Shown here piece by piece: positions 44,837 through 58,520 of a stretch of 64,000 nucleotides of DNA. Every line of letters starts with the position of its first letter. Positions within the stretch are counted from its first letter, which is position 1. This stretch comes from Octopus vulgaris (taxonomy: Eukaryota): positions 12,958,001-13,022,000 of the forward strand of contig OX597841.1 of NCBI GenBank assembly GCA_951406725.2, read 5' to 3'. A program made the position numbers and the translations under genes. The notes below the pieces were generated by a model, which was given only the letters and a program-made list of their open reading frames with translations, searched no databases and had not been told where the DNA came from.

Positions 44837-44998
44837 GGCGCAGGAGTGGCTGTGTGGTAAGTAGCTTGTTTACCAACCACATGGTTCCGGGTTCAGTCCC
44901 ACTGCCTGGCACCTTGGTCAAGTGTCTTCTATTATAGCCTCAGGCCGGCCAAAGCCTTGTAAGTGGATTTGGTAGACGGAAACTGAAAGAAGCCAGTC

Positions 44999-45068
<70 letters not shown>

Positions 45069-45279
45069 TTGTGTGTCTGTGTTTGTCCCCCTAGCATTGC
45101 TTGACAACCGATGCTGGTGTGTTTATGTCCCCGTCACTTAGTGGTTCAGCAAAAGAGACCAATAGAATAAGTACTAGGCTTACAAAGAATAAGTCCTGGG
45201 GTCGAGTTGCTCGATTAAAAGGCGGTGCTCCAGCATGGCCGCAGTCAGATGACTGAAACAAGTAAAAGAGTAAAGAGTA
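44837..45279 (+). mobile_element. SINE family A, full-length copy
   Basis: GGCGCAGGAGTGGCTGTGTGG head through the (AAAGAGT)n tail. Confidence 0.92.
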
Positions 45280-45307
45280 TACACATACATAAATACACAC
45301 ACACATA

Positions 45308-45515
45308 GGAGGTGGGTGCTGAAAAGTTCCTGGCTTCAAGGGTATCGTGAAAAGCCTGGTTGGAAGCCCTACCTTCTGAGTTCTTTCACAGGGCTTAGAA
45401 AAACTGAAGGACCCCTGCAATAAGTGTGTGAATCTGAGAAGGGAATATGTTGAATAAAATCATAATTAACTGATCCTCCTCTATTTTCTTTTACTCAAAA
45501 CCAGGAAATTTTACA
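45308..45515. mobile_element. Mariner-derived MITE (~210 bp)
   Basis: TIR GCTGAAAAGTTCCTGG ... CCAGGAAATTTT. Confidence 0.75.
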
Positions 45516-45802
45516 AGTCTCACTTCCATACAGTAGAGTGCTAAGTACACATGCCTGGTAGATCTTCATTTTTGTGGTCTTGATCAGCTTATTGTTGTCC
45601 CAAGTCCGTTTGGAGAGTTGGGCCATCACAGCAGCTGCCTTGCCAATGCATATATTGAGCTCAGCATCAAGGGATAGGTTGTAGGTGATGGTAGAGCCAA
45701 GATAGGTAAACTTCTCCACCTCCTGTAATCTGTGGTCTCCAATATGTATGTTTGGGATGTCCAATGTAGCCTGACCCATGATGTTGGTCTTCTTGAGGCT
45801 GA

Positions 45803-45805
<3 letters not shown>
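45516..45805 (-). mobile_element. RTE/BovB-like reverse transcriptase fragment
   Basis: ISLKKTNIMGQ...LQEVEKFTYLGSTIT..IGKAAA..LSKRTW..KMKIYQACVLSTLLYGSET. Confidence 0.9.
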
Positions 45806-45891
<86 letters not shown>

Positions 45892-46407
45892 CTTCTTTCA
45901 GTTTCTGTCTACTAAATCTACTCACAAGGCTTTGATCGGCCCGAAGATTTAGCAGAAGACACTTGCCCAAGAGGGCATGCAGTGGGACTGAACCCAAAAC
46001 CATGTAACCGGTAATCAAGCTACTTACCACACAGCCACTTCTGTGCCTACCTGAATATTCCCTTCCGCCTCAGCTTCCCATTCTTAATACTGGGTACGGG
46101 GGTACATTCAAAACATCAGCATCTGCTGACAACTAGGTCAGTAGGTGAGAGAGACTTATGAAATACTTTTAGGGAGCATTTCACACATTTGGGGCTATCA
46201 GTTTCACTCCATTGTAATTTCCTGTACATGTTGTGCTGTCGACTGCTAAGTGCACCCCCCCCTCTGTGAGGTCTATCATCTGTGTCAGCCAGAATGTGCC
46301 ACACCCTCCATTGGATGTTTTGTGCCTGCAAAAGAGTACACTCCATACACACACACACATATATATATGCATATATATATATATTTATATATATATATAT
46401 ATGTATG

Positions 46408-46439
<32 letters not shown>

Positions 46440-46880
46440 TTGCCGGTGGCATGTCAAAACTCTGCTTGTGAAGACCCGTTGAGGCAAGTGAGAATCAGAA
46501 TCGAAATCGATCAATGGAAATCGATCAATGGAAATTGCAGATGTACCAGTGCCGGTGGCATGTAGAGAACTTTCCGTTTCGCGACCGTTGCCAGCACCGC
46601 CCGTTTCGTGTCCGTTGCCAGCCTCGCCTGGCCTCTGCCGGTGGCACATAAAAGCACCATCCGTTCGTGGCCGTTTGCCAGCTCTGTCTGGCACCAGTGC
46701 GGGTGGCACGAAAGCACCCACTACACTCAGGGAGTGGTTGGCGTTAGAAGGGCATCCAGCCGTAGAAACATTGCCAGATTTGATGGGCCTGATGAAGCCT
46801 TCTGCTCACAGCCCGTAGAACGTCCAACCCATGCTAGCATGGAAAACGGACGCTAAACGATGATGATGATGATGATGATG
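46440..46880 (+). mobile_element. RTE 3' UTR copy
   Basis: Same family; (GAT)n tail. Confidence 0.85.
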
Positions 46881-46900
46881 TATATGTATATATACATATA

Positions 46901-46969
<69 letters not shown>

Positions 46970-47012
46970 GTATATATACATATATATATATATAAATATA
47001 TATAATATAATA

Positions 47013-47057
<45 letters not shown>

Positions 47058-47082
47058 TTATATATATATTATATATTATATT

Positions 47083-47125
<43 letters not shown>

Positions 47126-47132
47126 ATATATA

Positions 47133-47176
<44 letters not shown>

Positions 47177-47229
47177 TATATTATATTATATTATATATTA
47201 TATTATATTATATTTATATTATATATATT

Positions 47230-47335
<106 letters not shown>

Positions 47336-47336
47336 A

Positions 47337-47367
<31 letters not shown>

Positions 47368-47409
47368 TCACATGAATATATATATATTCACTGGGTATTC
47401 ACATGAGTA

Positions 47410-48120
47410 TGACGCGACCTTTCATGTATAAACTGACAATGAAATGTAGACGGCTGGCTGGATGGATTCTTAGAACCTTTAGAACAAGAGAACAAGAAAC
47501 CATGATGGTCCTCTGGAAGACACTTGTCCTAAGCCACTTTGATATTGCCTCAGCTATGGTCACCATCCAGTGTCAAGTTGATCACAGAACTTGAGGCGAT
47601 CCAACGAAGCTACACAAAGAAGATAGCCTCTATGCAGAATGTAGCTACTGGGAAAGACTCAAGAGATTAAAATTATATTCCTGAGCGTAGGCGGGAAAGA
47701 TATGCCATAATATACATCTGGAAGATCCTGGAGGAAGTGTCCTGAACTTTGGCATCGAGAGTTACGCAAATGCCAGAATGGGCGCACTGCGTGGTGCCTA
47801 GGACTCCAAACCTGCCATCAAGATGTAGGACAAGATTCTGTGATAGCCTGGGCTTCCGAGGCCCACAGCTCTTCAATATCCTCCCGAAGAACCTGAGAGA
47901 CCTGCATGGGGTGGATACAGATGTCTTTAAAATGAAGCTGGATCTCTTCCTGTCAGGTGTCCCAGATGAACAACTTCACGGCAGGAGGGGCAGATGAGGG
48001 CAGCTGCATCGAACTCTCTCATGCACCAAATAGCAGTTGTATCCATGAAGTGAAACCAAGTAGCAACACCAAATGGCGTGCCCAGCATGGCCACAGCTCA
48101 TAAGCTGAAACTAGAATCAA
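47410..48120 (+). mobile_element. CR1-like LINE 3' fragment with tail
   Basis: KCRRLAGWILRTFRTRE..LWKTLVLSHFD; LEAIQRSYTKKI; YWERLKRLKLYS; GPQLFNILPKNLR; frameshifted. Confidence 0.88.
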
Positions 48121-48129
48121 TCAATAATC

Positions 48130-48160
<31 letters not shown>

Positions 48161-48269
48161 TAAGGGTAGAAATTGATATTAGTCAATTAAAACCAGTGGT
48201 CTAGCATATCAAAAAGAATCTGAAGATTAAAATATTTATACATACAGTCCTAAATTTGTATACATATAT

Positions 48270-48670
48270 ACTCTTTACTCTTTTACTTGTTTCAGTCAGT
48301 TGACTGCGGCCATGCTGGAGCACTGCCTTTAGTTGAGCAAATCGACCCCGGGACTTATTCTTTGTAAGCCTAGTACTTATTCCATCGGTCTCTTTTGCCG
48401 AACCGCTAAGTAACGGGGACGTAAACACACCAGCATCGGTTGTCAAGCAATGCTAGGGGGACAAACACAGACATACACATACACACATATATATATATAC
48501 ATATATACGACAGGCTTCTTTCAGTTTCCGTCTACCAAATCCACTCACAAGGCATTGGTCGGCCCGGGGCTATAGCAGAAGACACTTGCCCAAGATGCCA
48601 CGCAGTGGGACTGAACCCGGAACCATGTGGTTGGTTAGCAAGCTACTTACCACACAGCCACTCCTGTGCC
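48270..48670 (-). mobile_element. SINE family A copy
   Basis: Full-length reverse-complement copy. Confidence 0.9.
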
Positions 48671-48802
48671 TATATATATATATAACAAATTTAAGCCTGG
48701 TGCAGCCTTCTGGCTCACCAGTCCTCAGTCAAACCGTCCAACCCATGCCAGCATGGAAAGCAGATGTTAAACGACAATGGTGATGATGATGATGATATAC
48801 GT

Positions 48803-48840
<38 letters not shown>

Positions 48841-48926
48841 GTGTGTGTGTATCATCATCATCGTTTAATGTCCGCCTTCTATGGTTGGAACAATTTGACA
48901 TGCAGAAGACTGTACCAGATTTTTAA

Positions 48927-48969
<43 letters not shown>

Positions 48970-49203
48970 ACACACAAATATATATACATATACATATATA
49001 TATACTTAAAAAGTCAATAAAAGAAAATGGAGAAGAAAAATTACTCGTTTAAATTTAAATTCCTCCATTTCCCTTTATTGACATTTTTAATTTTATGAGA
49101 CTGTCTGTACACATAGACATTGATGATCGTCCTATCAATATATTTGATTACACAGGATTGCTTTTAACCATCCCTCATGTAGATATTGCCTCAATTCTGT
49201 ATG

Positions 49204-50040
49204 TCATCATCATCATCATCGTTTAACGTCCGTTTTCCGCACTAGCACGGGTTGGACAGTTCGACCGGGGTCCGGGAAGCCAGGGGCTGCACCAGGCTCC
49301 AGTCTGATCTGGCAGAGTTTCTACAGCTGGATGCCCTTCCTAACGCCAACCACTCCGAGAGTGTAGTGGGTGCTTTTTACGTGCCACCTGCACAAGTTCC
49401 AGGGAAGTCCGGCATCGGCCACGATCGGTTGGAGCTTTTAACGTGCTCCAACCAATCGTGGCCGATGCCGGACTTGGCACCTGTGCAGGTAGCACGTTAT
49501 GTATATAAATATATTATCATCATCGTTTAAATGTCCACTTTCCATGCTAGCATGGGTTGGACGATGTGACTGAGGGCTTGGTGAACCAGATGGCTGCACC
49601 AGGCTCCAATCTTGATCTGGCAGAGTCTCTACAGGTGGATGCCCTTCCTAACGCCAACCACTCTGAGAGTGTAGTGGGTGCTTTTATGTGCCACCAGCAC
49701 AAGGGCCAGTCAGGCAGTACTGGCAATGGCCATGCTCAGATGGTGTTTTTTTATGTGCCACCTGCACAGGAGCCAGTCCAGTGGCACTGGCAACGACCTC
49801 GCTCAAATGTTTCTTCATGTGTCAGTAAGGCGACACTGGTAACAGTGAGGCTAGAATGGTGCTTTTTACGTGCCACTGGCATGGAAGCTAGTCAGCTGCT
49901 CTGGTAACGATCATGCTCGGGTGGTGCTCTTAGCGCCCCACTGGCATGGGTGCCAGTCATCGAATTTGATTCGATTTTGATTTTGAATCAAATTCAATGA
50001 CGGGCGCCCGTGCCAGTGGAGCAAATTTGATTCGAAATTG
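49204..50040 (-). mobile_element. Two adjacent RTE 3' UTR copies (49204-49497 with a terminal foldback; 49515-50040)
   Basis: Each starts with (CAT)n-CGTTTAA and has the conserved GGATGCCCTTCCTAACGCC block. Confidence 0.85.
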
Positions 50041-50093
50041 AAATCAATATACACATACATACATACATACATACATACACATACACACATATA

Positions 50094-51314
50094 CGAGGGG
50101 CATTCAATAAGTAATGCCCCTGACCCACTTCCCATAGCAGTAGAGCAACGAAACTTGGCACAGTTATTAGTCTTTTTCTACATAGGAACCACCCAGAGTT
50201 ACGCATTTCTCCCATTGTTTGATGCAGCTCTGGAGACCGTTTTTGTAGAAGACCCCAGCTTGGTCCTCCAACCTCGACCTGACTTCAGGTCGTGGTTGGA
50301 GGACAAAACAACTTCATGGCTGGGAAGAGGTGAAAATCCGAGGGTGCAAGGTCAGGAGAGTAGGGGGTGGGGGAGGAGTTCATAGCCGTACGCCTGTGCT
50401 TCTGATCTGGCGACCATCTAGTTGTGGACCGGAGCGTTGTCCTGCAGGAGGAGGATGCCTTTGCTGATCTTGCTCCGCCTCTTGGTTTTGATAGCTTCTC
50501 TTAATTTCCTCAAAAGTGAAGCATAATAGGCTCCTGTAATTGTGGTACCCTTTGCCAGGAAATCTGTCATCACTACTCCGTCCTGGTCCCAGAAGACTGT
50601 GAACATGAGCTTGCCAGCGGAGGGCAGCACCCTTGCCTTCTTTGGAGGGGGTGAGTCACGGTGCTTCCACTGCATTGACTGGGCTTTGGTCTCTGGATCT
50701 TGGTGATGGACCCAGGTTTCATCCTGTGTAATCAGTCTTTTGAAAAATTTTGACTCATCTTCTTAGCACATCTCCAAATTCATCGTTCTTGCTTCTGGAA
50801 AGGTGTGAGCAACCTGGGAATCCATCTGGCAGACACCTTTAGCATATGCAAATGGTCATGAATGATAGTTTCCACAGACCCGGTTCTAATCTTGACCTCA
50901 TGGGCTATTTGGGGAATAGTTATGCGTCGATCTTCCAAAATGGTAGCCTCAACTTGACGGACAGATGCCTCATCAATGGCAGAAGGAGGGTGACCAGATC
51001 TGGGGCTGTTTCCACAGAGTTCCGACCATGTTTGAATTCACGATGCCAGCGTTTTACAAGGTCATATGATGGGGCATCATCACCATAAGTTACTTTCATT
51101 TCATCAAAAGTCTCCCGTGGTGTGCGTCCTTTCAAATACAAAACCCGGATCACTGCTCGACACTCAACAGGCTCCATTTCACACTTGACTCAGTTCAAAC
51201 ACCTGTAAATCAGAAACCACAATTAGTTCAGAGCTGTAATTTGCCACGTAATCAAACTTTCAGCAAGATCAAACAACAAGTGGGTCAGGGGCATTACTTA
51301 CTGAACGTCCCTCG
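50094..51314 (-). mobile_element. Mariner element with both TIRs; transposase pseudogene
   Basis: TA|CGAGGGGCATTCAATAAGTAATGCCCCTGACCCACTT ... AAGTGGGTCAGGGGCATTACTTACTGAACGTCCCTCG|TA; motifs WIPRLL, DETWVH, LLQDNAPVH, YSPDLAPSDFHLF with frameshifts. Confidence 0.95.
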
Positions 51315-51651
51315 TATATATATATATATGCATATATGGGTACAGGACAACACCAACAGTGCAAACAATATGAAATACGTAAACAAACGAGTTAAATACA
51401 TAAATAATGAGGGAAAAAATGGAAAACAGAGCAAGTAAACACTTGACCATATATACATACACACTCTCCACACACATGGAAAAGGATATTTAATACATCA
51501 AACTGTGTACATGTATATTTTCCCTGATGAAGGAGGTGGTGTCCAATAATGGATGCAAATACCTTTTATATGACTGGACAACCAGACAGCCAGAAATAAT
51601 CATCGGATTACAAGCTAGGTTAGTAAGACCCAAACTTTTTATCTTCTAAAT

Positions 51652-52085
51652 CAGTGGTTCCCAACCATATTTATGCTCTGCACCCCTAAAAACTTTTAAT
51701 ATGTTCTCACACCCCTTAAAGTAATAATCTATATAAGAATAGAGGTGGGCGGTGGGCTGGCAGAAACGTTAGCACGCCGGGTGAAATGCTTTGCGGTATT
51801 TCGTCTGTCGTTATGTTCTGAGTTCAAATTCCGCCGAGGTCGACTTTGCCTTTCATCCTTTCGGGGTCGATAAATAAAGTACCAATTTCGCACTGGGTTC
51901 GATGTAATCGGCTTAATCCATTTGTCTGTCCTTGTTTGTCCCCTCTGTGTTCAGCCCCTTGTGGGTAGTAAAGAAATATATATAAGAATAGAGGTGCCCA
52001 GGGCAATTGCCTGCTTTGACCCCCTATAAATCCAGCTCTGCTTGCACCCCCATGGAGTGCGAGCTCCCCTGGTTGGGAAACGCTG
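51652..52085. mobile_element. hAT (Charlie-like) MITE containing a SINE
   Basis: TIRs CAGTGGTTCCCAACC / GGTTGGGAAACGCTG; 8-bp TSD TTCTAAAT / TTCTAGAC. Confidence 0.7.
51748..51978 (+). mobile_element. SINE family D copy with an 18-bp TSD
   Basis: Flanked by TATATAAGAATAGAGGTG at 51730-51747 and 51979-51996. Confidence 0.88.
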
Positions 52086-52159
52086 TTCTAGACCCTCACC
52101 TCGTTTTATGATTTTGTTTTATAATCTGTAAGTCAACATATATTTATTTATTATTTTAT

Positions 52160-52440
52160 TGATAATGGACTGAAACGTAACTAATCTGTCCATCCTCTGA
52201 TAACTCACGGATGGTGAATCAATGATTTCCCCTCACAACTGCACACACATATCTCTGATGGTTTTCTCTGTTCTGCTAGCTGCAGGTTTTCCAGGACGTT
52301 TGTCAATATCGATATTTTCCAGCCATCTTGCAAACATCAGAACCACTCATGCACTTGTGTGCAGCTTGTACACTCCTCTCCATACTTTTTCTGCAACTTT
52401 GCGAAGGCCTCTGAGCAGGTATTGCCTTGACAACTTTCTC
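52160..52440 (-). mobile_element. Old mariner/Tc1 HTH fragment
   Basis: GNTCSEAFAKLQKKYGEECTSCTQVHEWF...DKRPGKPAASRT...TIRELSED. Confidence 0.65.
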
Positions 52441-52987
52441 TGCCATTGTCAATGTGATGATCACACGCTACACACCTTCCTTCCAAGCACTGCTGTAAAC
52501 AGTGGAAGTGAGGTAGAACATTAAAACTTAGTGTGCATGTACAGCAGAGGTGAAGGTCAATCTGTGCCAAGTGGCTTCACTCTGTGTGCTTTAGCTTCGT
52601 TACTATGGCAACAATCTGGATACTTAATGATCAGACCTTGTATATTCATATATATTTATATGTATATATGCATGTATATACATATATATAGGCTTCAAAT
52701 GTCCCATCCGTGTTTTTTGTATCGTCTTCTAAATGTTTTGCGTTCTTGTCCCAGTTTGTATTTTTTTACATATACACATATATGAATATATATGTATATA
52801 TACATATATATACATTAGCTTTTTGGGTACTTCACTGGTAGTATATTGGATAATTGATATCCCATAGTGGGTTACACTCATAACCCCTATCTCACTTTGT
52901 ACATACATACATACATACATACATACATACATACATACATACATACATACATACATACATACATACATACATACATACATACATACA

Positions 52988-53059
<72 letters not shown>

Positions 53060-53185
53060 AATATATCAATAATAAAGTGATTGTTTCTTATCAGGAACAA
53101 AATGTTTTAAAATTAAATGAGACAAATATATAAAACGATGGTTGCAGAACAAACAAATACAAGGTCATCCACGTAACATTTCGTA

Positions 53186-54008
53186 TCTCAAACATTTAAT
53201 CACAAAATGCTTTTTCTTTCACATAGAATATAGATGCATAAAATCACGGAAGATGAAACACAACCCACCAATACAAGCATATAAGAAAAATATAGGGAAA
53301 ATGTGTGAATACAGTCCATCGCGGTTAAAAGTTGATGATTAATAATTTAGTGACTAAAAAGAATATATATTTTTTAGCATTACAACATCTAGAATAATAG
53401 ATACATAAAAATATAAAGAAATATGTAAATATATAGATATAAGACTTGTTCTGCTTAAGGAGGTCACACCCTGGTACATGATGTGCGTTTCTTAATTTTT
53501 CCCATAACGAAGGAGTAATTATTGTGGTGCACCCTCGGGCATTAAGTACAGTGATGAACCCCTGAAATGGCCATAGGGAATGTAAATATGGTTTCTTCTT
53601 TTTTGCTTGGACACTGGCTTTTAACAATAGGTTTCCCTTATCTTGAAAAGTAATTTTTAATTGAAAAAATTTCTAAACGATGAACTTTTATCTTACCTTA
53701 TATATTAGTTATTTATATGTTTCCTATATATAAGTATTTTTATATCTTTTTATATATCTATATATTCATATATTTCTTTATATTTTTATGTATTTATTAT
53801 TCTAGATGTTGTAATGCTAAAAAATATATATTCTTTTTAGTCACTAATTTATTAATTATCAACTTTTAACCGTGATGGACTGTATTCACACATTTTCCCT
53901 ATATTTTTCTTATATGCTTGTATTGGAGGGTTGTGTTTCATCTTCCGTGATTTTATGCATCTATATTCTATGTGAAAGAAAAAGCATTTTGTGATTAAAT
54001 GTTTGAGA
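53186..54008. mobile_element. Foldback element (arms ~53186-53425 and ~53769-54008) with a decayed hammerhead in the spacer; duplicate at ~56610-57433
   Basis: Arms are reverse complements (the same pseudo-peptide appears on both strands in the ORF track); spacer motif at 53499-53580. Confidence 0.7.
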
Positions 54009-54201
54009 AGGGCATCAAGCTGTAGAAACTCTGCCAGATCATATTGGAGGCTGGTGTGGCCTCCTGCCTCACCAGTGCCCACTCAAACCGTCCAACCCAT
54101 GCCAGCATGGAAAGCAGACTTTAAATGATGATGATGATGATAATGATGATATAAATATGTATATATACGTATATATATAATATATATATAAGTATATATA
54201 C

Positions 54202-54263
<62 letters not shown>

Positions 54264-54301
54264 GTATATATACATATATATATATATATGTATATATATA
54301 C

Positions 54302-54333
<32 letters not shown>

Positions 54334-54345
54334 GTATATATATAC

Positions 54346-54390
<45 letters not shown>

Positions 54391-54391
54391 C

Positions 54392-54438
<47 letters not shown>

Positions 54439-54439
54439 C

Positions 54440-54488
<49 letters not shown>

Positions 54489-54659
54489 CATATATACGTA
54501 TAAATATATACAAATGGTGTTTTTTATGTGCCACCTGCACAGGAGCCAATCCAGCGGTACTAGCAACGACCTCGCTCGAATGTTTTGTTCATGTGCCACC
54601 AGCACAAGTGCCAGTAAGGAGACGCTGGTAACGATCACGCTCGAATGGTGCCTTTTACG

Positions 54660-54716
<57 letters not shown>

Positions 54717-54871
54717 TATATCTATATATATCACCATGATCACCGTGACCGACCAGGCTATCAGACGTTGCTACACATCGCTGGTCCACCCGTGCCAGTG
54801 GAGCAAATTTGATTCGAAATTGAAATCAATATATACATACATACATACATACATACACATACACACATATA

Positions 54872-55929
54872 CGAGGGGCATTCAATAAGTAATGCCCCTG
54901 ACCCACTTCCCATAGCAGTAGAGCAACGAAACTTGGCACAGTTATTAGTCTTTTTCTACATAGGAACCACCCAGAGTTACGCATTTCTCCCATTGTTTGA
55001 TGCAGCTCTGGAGACCGTTTTTGTAGAAGACCCCAGCTTGGTCCTCCAACCTCGACCTGACTTCAGGTCGTGGTTGGAGGACAAAACAACTTCATGGCTG
55101 GGAAGAGGTGAAAATCCGAGGGTGCAAGGTCAGGAGAGTAGGGGGTTGGGGGAGGAGTTCATAGCCGCACGCCTGTGCTTCTGATCTGGCGACCATCTAG
55201 TTGTGGACCGGAGCGTTGTCCTGCAGGAGGAGGATGCCTTTGCTGATCTTGCCCCGCCTCTTGGTTTTGATAGCTTCTCTTAATTTCCTCAAAAGTGAAG
55301 CATAATAGGCTCCTGTAATTGTGGTACCCTTTGCCAGGAAATCTGTCATCACTACTCCATCCTGGTCCCAGAAGACTGTGAGCATGAGCTTGCCAGCGGA
55401 GGGCAGCACCCTTGCCTTCTTTGGAGGAGGTGAGTCACGGTGCTTCCGCTGCATTGACTGGGCTTTGGTCTCTGGATCTTGGTGATGGACCCAGGTTTCA
55501 TCCTGTGTAATCAGTCTTTTGAAAAATTTTGACTCCTCTTCTTAGCACATCTCCAAATTCATCCTTGAGCACTCGACGCATTCTTGCTTCTGGAAAGGTG
55601 TGAGCAACCTGGGAATCCATCTGGCAGACACCTTTTGCATATGCAAATGGTCATGAATGATAGTTTCCACAGACCCGGTACTAATCTTGACCTCATGGGT
55701 TATTTGGCGAATAGTTATGCGTCGATCTTCCAAAATGGTAGCCTCAACTTGACAGACAGATGCCTCATCAGTGGCAGAAGGAGGGTGACCAGATCTGGGG
55801 CTGTTTCTACAGAGTTCCGACTATGTTTGAATTCACGATGCCAGCGTTTTACAAGGTCATATGATGGGGCATCATCACCATAAGTTACTTTCATTTCATC
55901 AAAAGTCTCCCCTGGTGTGCGTCCTTTCA
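54872..55929 (-). mobile_element. Duplicated, 5'-truncated copy of the 50094-51314 mariner
   Basis: Shares ~85 bp of external flank with copy 1; lacks the other TIR. Confidence 0.92.
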
Positions 55930-56112
55930 TGTAGTGGGTGTTTTTTACGTGCCACCTGCACAGGTGCCAGAGAGAGCTGGCAAACGGCCACGAACGGACA
56001 GTGCTTTTACGTGTCACCGGCACGGGGCCAGGCGATGCTGGCAACGGACACGAGCGGATGGTGCTTTTACGTGCCACCGACACGGGGCCAGACAGAGCTG
56101 GCAAACGGCCAC

Positions 56113-56435
56113 CTGGATACTTAATGATCAGACCTTGTATATTCATTTATATTTATATGTATATATGCATGTATATATATATATAGGCTTCAAATGTCCC
56201 ATCCGTGTTTTTTGTATCGTCTTCTAAATGTTTCGCGTTCTTGTCCCAGTTTGTATTTTTTTACATATACACATATATGAATATATATGTATATATACAT
56301 ATATATACATTAGCTTTTTGGGTACTTCACTGGTAGTATATTGGATAACTGATATCCCATAGTGGGTTACACTCATAACCCCTATCTCACTTTGTACATA
56401 CATACATACATACATACATACATACATACATACAT

Positions 56436-56484
<49 letters not shown>

Positions 56485-57627
56485 AATATATCAATAATAA
56501 AGTGATTGTTTCTTATCAGGAACAAAATGTTTTTAAATTAAATGAGACAAATATATAAAACGATGGTTGCAGAACAAACAAATACAAGGTCATCCACGTA
56601 ACATTTCGTATCTCAAACATTTAATCACAAAATGCTTTTTCTTTCACATAGAATATAGATGCATAGAATCACGGAAGATGAATCACAACCCACCAATACA
56701 AGCATATAAGAAAAATATAAGAAAAATGTGTGAATACAGTCCATCGCGGTCAAAAGTTGATGATTAATAAATTAGTGACTAAAAAGAAATATATATTTTT
56801 TAGCATTACAACATCTAGAATAATAGATACATAAAAATATAAAGAAATATATAAATATATAGATATAAAACTTGTTCTGCTTAAGGAGGTCACACCCTGG
56901 TACATGATGTGCGTTTCTTAATTTTTCCCATAACGAAGGAGTAAATATTGTGGTGCACCCTCGGGCATTAAGTACAGTGATGAACCCCTGAAATGGCCAT
57001 AGGGAATGTAAATATGGTTTCTTCTTTTTTGCTTGGACACTGGCTTTTAACAATAGGTTTCCCTTATCTTGAAAAGTAATTTTTAATTGGAAAAATTTCT
57101 AAACGATGAACTTTTATCTCACCTTATATATTAGTTATTTATATGTTTCCTATATATAAGTATTTTTATATCTTTTTATATATCTATATATTTATATATT
57201 TCTTTATATTTTTATGTATTTATTATTCTAGATGTTGTAATGCTAAAAAATATATATTCTTTTTAGTCACTAATTTATTAATTATCAACTTTTAACCGTG
57301 ATGGACTGTATTCACACATTTTCCCTATATTTTTCTTATATGCTTGTATTGGTGGGTTGTGATTCATCTTCCGTGATTTTATGCATCTATATTCTATGTG
57401 AAAGAAAAAGCATTTTGTGATTAAATGTTTGAGAAGGGCATCAAGCTGTAGAAACTCTGCCAGATCATATTGGAGGCTGGTGTGGCCTCCTGCCTCACCA
57501 GTGCCCACTCAAACCGTCCAACCCATGCCAGCATGGAAAGCAGACTTTAAATGATGATGATGATGATAATGATGATATAAATATGTATATATACATATAT
57601 ATATAATATATATATAAGTATATATAC

Positions 57628-57660
<33 letters not shown>
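56113..57660. repeat. Direct duplication of ~52616-54230
   Basis: Collinear from CTGGATACTTAATGATCAG to the (TA)n tract, with scattered substitutions. Confidence 0.95.
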
Positions 57661-57667
<7 letters not shown>

Positions 57668-57796
57668 CTCGAACACACAATTGCAAACAAGGGAGTCAGA
57701 GAAAGGCAGAATGCTACTTATATCTGAACACTACTATAGAAATATTCTTTTAAAAAAACTTTTCTTCTAATTTTTCTAAATTTAATTATATAATCG

Positions 57797-57840
57797 TTAC
57801 AGTTGAAAAGGTCTCAAAATGACCGAAACCGGTACTGAAA
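57797..57840 (+). ncRNA. Minimal type I hammerhead variant (U3-A8 core)
   Basis: TTACAG [TTGAAAA] GGTC-tcaaaat-GACC [GAAA] CCGG [TA] CTGAAA. Confidence 0.6.
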
Positions 57841-57935
57841 GATTCACTATAAAATTATCTTAGCATTTTCTATTTTTGACTTGTTTTTTCATATATATGT
57901 ATATATATACATAATATATATATAAGCATATATAC

Positions 57936-57972
<37 letters not shown>

Positions 57973-58090
57973 AATCAAGGAACGGCCATAATAGGCCATT
58001 CACCCACTAGAAATAACAGCCAAAGCTTCAACCGCAAAATAACATTAATTCCGTAAACCAGGAGAAAATTAAAAAAACGTTTACCCTGTA

Positions 58091-58197
58091 ATTTCTTATA
58101 CGATGCACCGTTTCATCTACTGTTTAATGGTAAACTAACCTGATTAAATTAAATCAAGCCAATCTTCCATAGGCCCTTAGATTCGTCAGTAAGAAAT
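58091..58197 (-). ncRNA. Type I hammerhead ribozyme, canonical core, extended stem II
   Basis: Reverse complement of 58521-58627 with all core bases intact. Confidence 0.82.
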
Positions 58198-58520
58198 AGC
58201 CAGATCGGAACAGATATTTTCACGAGGCACTTCTGTCCCTGCCTCGGCAATATCTGACCTAAAATTTTCAAATCATCGCACTCGCGCCAAATTTATCGGC
58301 AGCAAATAAATATGGTGACAAAAAAATTCTACAAAATTTTTTTGCCACCCTATATTGATTAATTATGAATTTTCTGGTTGATTCCGTAATGGAATCGGCG
58401 GCTTATATTTATTTGCTGCCGATAAATTTGGCGCAAGTGCGATGATTTGAAAATTTTAGGTCAGATATTGCCGAGGCAGGGACAGAAGTGCCTCGTGAAA
58501 ATATCTGTTCCGTTCTGGCT

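Noticed and set aside
46116-46330. Minus-strand acceptor (ctcttttgcag) followed by an open frame
   Set aside because: No convincing donor or homology; adjacent to retroelement debris.
51515-51575. CTGATGA followed by a long hairpin (AGGAGGT...ACCTTTT)
   Set aside because: No GAAA box or closing stem I downstream; at best a truncated hammerhead.
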